64,000 bases of DNA, from positions 1 through 64,000 of the IMG/VR virus record IMGVR_UViG_3300023070_000001; one strand, written 5' to 3'. This document shows positions 60,901 through 64,000 of this stretch, piece after piece (position 1 is the stretch's first letter; each line of letters begins with the position of its first letter). A program made the translations under genes and the position numbers. Source of the stretch: a virus. Taxonomy: Duplodnaviria > Caudoviricetes. The notes under the pieces were generated by a model that saw nothing but the letters and a program-made list of their open reading frames with translations, was not told where the DNA came from and did no database searches.

Positions 60901-62736
60901 AAGGAATGTTAAAATAGTTCCATCAGAGCGAGCTTGAGCTGACCATTCCGCAAATGCTTCAGCGCCATCCTTTAATGCTCCTGTTACCCAGCGAGTAAAT
61001 GGTGCAGCAGCCACGGCGATATTACGGAACACGTTAATTAACGCGAAACCGGCCTTACCCATATTCTCAATGTTCTTAGCATTTTCATTAGCGATGATAC
61101 CAAAGTCACGCTTCCACGGACCTGAGGTAAGCATTCTAATACCTTCATCAGCAAGTCTACCTACAGCAGAGGCTGACTTACCAAAGAAGTTCTCTGAGAT
61201 AGGAAGTAGCTTATTAAGACGTTCAGTCTGATCAGCAATTTCTACAAAGAACTTTTCGCTAACACGTCTCTGTCCTTCAGCATATGCTTCGGTGAACGCT
61301 ACAAACGCCTCAGTAACCTTCTGTGTTGCCGGATCAAGGTTCTTTAGGGCAAGCTCATACTTCTGAGTAGCTGTAAGAGCCTTCTCAGTTCCTAATCTTG
61401 CCTTTTCCTCAGCTTCAGCCTGCTGCTCTCTAGCCTGACGGGCATTCTTTAGAAGCTCAGCCATTCCACCAAGAGCTTGCTTAGTTCCTCCAATAGCTCC
61501 AATAAATGCAAAGATCAATCCAGGACCAGCAGCTAGTAATCCAGAAAGTGATCCTAGTGCGCTAGCAGTTCCTAATGCTCCACCACCAAGAGCACCAATT
61601 CCTGAAACAAGTGCTGGAATAGCAGATACGATTACACCGATAAGTCCAGGCATTCTATATAGCTCGCCAGATACTCGACTTAGGCGCTGTAGTAGCTTAG
61701 AGCTTGCCTCTGAGAAGTCATCGAATCCAGAAACAAATGACTGGATAAAGTTTCCTCCACCACCGCCTCCACCTGCCGCAGCGGCTCTACGTAGCCTTTC
61801 GAATACAGTAGTTCCCTTCTCGGCCTCACTGAATACACGAGACATATCAGATAGCGCAGTTAATGCCCAGAACTTGAATGCTCTACCTGAAGGGAGCCCA
61901 TCAATAATCTTAAGCTCATCCTGGATTCTCTTAGATTCCTTGATGATGTCTTCAGCAACTTCATCCTTAAATAGCTTTTGAATAGCACGTAGACTATTCA
62001 ATGCTCGGGTTGTATCGATAGTAACCTGAGGATTAGCTGATTCATGTCCTAGCTTACGAAGTTCTAACTCTACAGACTTCATTGCCTGCTTGGCATCTTC
62101 AGTGTCTACATCTAAATCAAGCTTATCGAAACCAAGTACGCTTAGTGTTGCATTCAAATCTCGTAGCTTAGTAGCAAAGCCTTGTACGAATGCATTACCT
62201 GTACTAGTTCCCTCCTTAGAGAACTTATCTTGAATCTTCTTTAGCGTAGTACTGAATGTAGAGTCATTACCTAATTCGGGGGCATCCTTGGTAATCTTCT
62301 TCTTAACATTACCTACGAAACCTGCTCCGGATTCATCTCCAGCTTTAGCAAATGCCTGGCTTAATGCCTTTGTTGCAGCAGATAGGAATTGAGCATTAGA
62401 TCCACTCTTGGAATCCTGCTCTAGCTTACGACCCATTCCCTTAGTAAAGGATGCGCCAGTATCTTCACCAGCCTTTTCGGCTGTAGCCTTATTCTTACCT
62501 AGATCCTCTACAGACCTCTTAGCAGAATCAGCGCTCTGCTTTTCAGCCTTAGCTCTGTCTGCTTTTGATGCTGCAACTTTTTTATCCTCAGCCATAGACT
62601 GAGCATTTAGCTTAGCTTCCTCTTCACGTAATTCACGTAGGGCGCGCTGAGCCTTCTTAGCCTCGCGGATAAGGTTGTCGAACTCTGCGAGGGCACGATA
62701 ACGAGATACATGCTCTGAGCCTGATGGGCTAGTCAC
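57904..62736 (-). CDS. tape measure protein with C-terminal M15-like zinc peptidase motif
   Basis: 1610 aa helical protein; GEFV motif; SGFRP..SYH..GRAVD..HDHWAF. Confidence 0.93.
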   Translation of the reverse strand: MTSPSGSEHVSRYRALAEFDNLIREAKKAQRALRELREEEAKLNAQSMAEDKKVAASKADRAKAEKQSADSAKRSVEDLGKNKATAEKAGEDTGASFTKGMGRKLEQDSKSGSNAQFLSAATKALSQAFAKAGDESGAGFVGNVKKKITKDAPELGNDSTFSTTLKKIQDKFSKEGTSTGNAFVQGFATKLRDLNATLSVLGFDKLDLDVDTEDAKQAMKSVELELRKLGHESANPQVTIDTTRALNSLRAIQKLFKDEVAEDIIKESKRIQDELKIIDGLPSGRAFKFWALTALSDMSRVFSEAEKGTTVFERLRRAAAAGGGGGGGNFIQSFVSGFDDFSEASSKLLQRLSRVSGELYRMPGLIGVIVSAIPALVSGIGALGGGALGTASALGSLSGLLAAGPGLIFAFIGAIGGTKQALGGMAELLKNARQAREQQAEAEEKARLGTEKALTATQKYELALKNLDPATQKVTEAFVAFTEAYAEGQRRVSEKFFVEIADQTERLNKLLPISENFFGKSASAVGRLADEGIRMLTSGPWKRDFGIIANENAKNIENMGKAGFALINVFRNIAVAAAPFTRWVTGALKDGAEAFAEWSAQARSDGTILTFLDQTTESAQILWQILKNLGNVVNSFFQSTVDQGQDYLRTLEDITGGWADVAEQQEAANSPLRKWMQDIQPVLTSIGALIRDLARGIAGLASDQDSISTMVALLDTLRTRVLPPILEILRQLNESGIAVTVTEAIGDLLDAIAKFLDSGATQALSVFVTVLASFAELLFNIAALPGISNVLGSVAAGVAAIAAVSVVARFTGLFKLWDFFTWMTRNKGNLSGAFADAARGAAGLSTVGGQQALPKNIPSTVGSVGAIGSEVLDQQAKATERVGNASTRAATQTGRFASALNGVRAAGGVARGALSSLSSFVGGPWGVALIGATVLVGAITSELANNKQEAQDTKDAFLALKNAYSDLSQGDSSGIDQLAQTDEKLRSILESSKSYGLSVKDVSGALNNQSQSLSRVNAQLDAQIKYLQAQVPENYNSIGGQGEADKLAGKQGPQDAVNAAIAYKKQINEVADAQTRQNAVMSNAADISRTYQDRLSGLTQEQVNSATAAGEIQGRIQKLSSALDTLSSATSSAENKSSALRDIINDEKGAMINATEATESWSSRMLDLKDSISANGRSLDVHSRAGLRNRDALEEAAKATRELYLQDIASGTPMDQALRRHQARIKELQREADKANLSKTETRKLIDAYGDVPDDVKTNIETQGYVKVYQQMQDLKALQASLQSGKSLDEAAKEVEQSKARANAHGYATGGPVYGQGTRTSDSIQAWLSNGEFVQPTDAVEYYGMPLMEALRTRKLDKAVIQEALPDDGHGFASGGSHSKNCPACASGGHNFAKGGGVGWPFPVDTSDTMIKKAWANDLGGLGGAAGGNGYKWQMAVLRQAFPGLQLISGFRPGARTLSGNRSYHSVGRAVDLPPRRDVAQWIRANYGARTKELITPYNDLNLHNGKPHRYTGAIWNQHNFAGGNAHDHWAFKDGGLVDLMKMMGMDNLAPSQQTPLPSTPRTLSPAASAVVNNSTDTSRTFGDVIINNPVPERAGDSIRDALYRTNLLF

Positions 62737-62758
62737 CGTGCAACCTCCAAGGTTTCAT

Positions 62759-63765
62759 TTAATCGTGGCCCGGCTTACCCTCTGATAGTTTCATTCCGAA
62801 CATGGCTAACATATCCATACTGTTCCTATCAGCAGCAGCCTCATAGTTCTTTTGGGCCTGAGCTTCTTGAGTTTGTGCGTTAACGGCTACCTTCTTATCT
62901 ATCTGTACGGGTTTGAAATCACCCTGACCGAATAGCTCGAACTCTTCTTTATCTATCGTCAGATTAGCTGCAAACTTCATTAGTTCCTCAGAGCTGTTTG
63001 AGCCTGCCGCAGCCATTACCATAGCTAGATTTCTAGTCTGCCAGGATAGCTGAAGTCTTTGATCTCTTTGTTCCAAGAATCTAGCCTCAGTAATAGTCGC
63101 AAGTATCTGCCTTATACGACGTAAAGTGAGATCGAGAATAATGTCATCAGTCCACCCATAGGTAGAACTGATGACATTAAACGCTCTTGATATAGGGCCT
63201 ACTAGATCAATTCCAGGAATATGCGGAACTACTCCGCTACTGGTGCTTGCTCTGTCATTGTCTGAGGTACTTGGCCTGTCTTCTTCGCTAGATCGAACAT
63301 GCTCATTAGACGTTTTCCCAGTGCCTGCAAGTCTTCAGCTTCGCGCTGTACGATTGCCTCAATGATGGTAATAACATCTTCTAGCTCTGGGTTATAAAGC
63401 TCTTCAAACAAGGACTCAGTAAGTTCTTTATTTGTCTGCTTCTCTTCCTTGCTAAGGTTACGGCCTGCCTTTACTCCCTCAGATTCAACCATTGCTAGAA
63501 GGAAGTCGATAACCTCATCTTCAGCATCAGGGATAGCAAAACCAACTAGAGCAAATAGCTTTGCGCCAAACTCTTCAGGGGTATCGTCACCTGAGAATTT
63601 AACGTTAAGAAGCATTCCACCAGCACCGTGGGTTACGATACGTAGTAACTTGAAGAACTGTCGTGCCTTTAAAGGCTGAATAACGACTTTAGTTCCTGAA
63701 GATAATACTACAGAATCTCCTGCATTGATAATTACATCTACATCTTTTGGACTTGCTTTTGCCAT
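62759..63765 (-). CDS. tail assembly chaperone GT (-1 programmed frameshift fusion)
   Basis: The -1 frame is open from the slippery site to 62759 and contains YGWTDDIILDLTLRRI. Confidence 0.8.
63229..63765 (-). CDS. tail assembly chaperone G
   Basis: Between the major tail and tape measure genes. Confidence 0.85.
   Translation of the reverse strand: MAKASPKDVDVIINAGDSVVLSSGTKVVIQPLKARQFFKLLRIVTHGAGGMLLNVKFSGDDTPEEFGAKLFALVGFAIPDAEDEVIDFLLAMVESEGVKAGRNLSKEEKQTNKELTESLFEELYNPELEDVITIIEAIVQREAEDLQALGKRLMSMFDLAKKTGQVPQTMTEQAPVAE
63313..63319 (-). promoter_or_regulatory. -1 frameshift slippery heptamer G GGA AAA
   Basis: X XXY YYZ in frame (ctG GGA AAA cgt). Confidence 0.8.
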
Positions 63766-63801
63766 TTTGGACTCCTGGTCTCAGTGGGCTTTAAGTTTTA
63801 A

Positions 63802-64000
63802 TTACGCTGCACGGTTAACTACGCGGCCAATAGCACGCTTAGCTAGGGTTACACCCTTTTCGTTCTTGTCTGAAATAACTGCTCGACCTGTGTAGTTAAG
63901 TAGAAGTCCAGACTTGTAAGATGGTCCTGTGAAGTTAATAGGACCAAAGATTACCTTGTATAGAATGAAGTCCATTACTCGAATCTGGCCATCGCTATCC
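63802..64000 (-). CDS. major tail protein, C-terminal fragment (runs off the window)
   Basis: Open frame DSDGQIRVMDFILYKV...VVNRAA upstream of the chaperone. Confidence 0.7.
   Translation of the reverse strand, partial: DSDGQIRVMDFILYKVIFGPINFTGPSYKSGLLLNYTGRAVISDKNEKGVTLAKRAIGRVVNRAA

Noticed and set aside
69-63679. Plus-strand ORFs in the track (e.g. 3235-3537, 32750-33301, 60158-60547)
   Set aside because: All are antisense to well-supported minus-strand genes or tRNAs, lack RBS or domains, and no plus-strand promoters were seen.

Overview
64 kb segment of a large tailed dsDNA phage with siphovirus tail architecture. Essentially every credible gene is on the minus strand, and the plus-strand ORFs in the track look like antisense shadows. 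A DUF397 gene, a FliA/WhiG-family sigma factor, TTGACA-N17-TA[A/G]NNT promoters and actinophage-type tail and HNH proteins point to an actinomycete host (inference). The DNA looks much more AT-rich than such hosts (GC not computed). In transcription order (right to left): end of the major tail gene; tail chaperones G/GT with a -1 slippery site; tape measure; Dit; large tail tip protein; a signal-peptide GDPD; minor tail; holin; SNF2 helicase; sigma factor; dUTPase; DnaB; primase Zn domain; clamp-loader delta-prime/delta-like genes; dCMP-type deaminase; family A DNA polymerase; dNMP kinase; SSB; Endo VII; RecA; HNH; an orphan tail fibre. Then comes a ~25 kb tRNA-rich accessory region with 26 recognisable tRNAs (a 27th lies in the replication module), several atypical tRNA-like or structured RNAs, dozens of microproteins, SbcC-N/SbcD, a Cas4-like nuclease, a beta clamp, lipoproteins and RNA-acting enzymes. 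Most striking: (1) at least seven ORFs start exactly one C after a tRNA discriminator base with no Shine-Dalgarno sequence, suggesting tRNA processing releases leaderless mRNAs; (2) a ~121 nt mini-tmRNA-like RNA with alanine identity and a non-degron tag frame; (3) a set of tRNA-chassis RNAs (D-armless Ile-UAU, double T-arm, permuted T-then-D); (4) phage counterparts of the bldA/bldB/whiG developmental regulators. All RNA folds were read by eye, and no database search was run.
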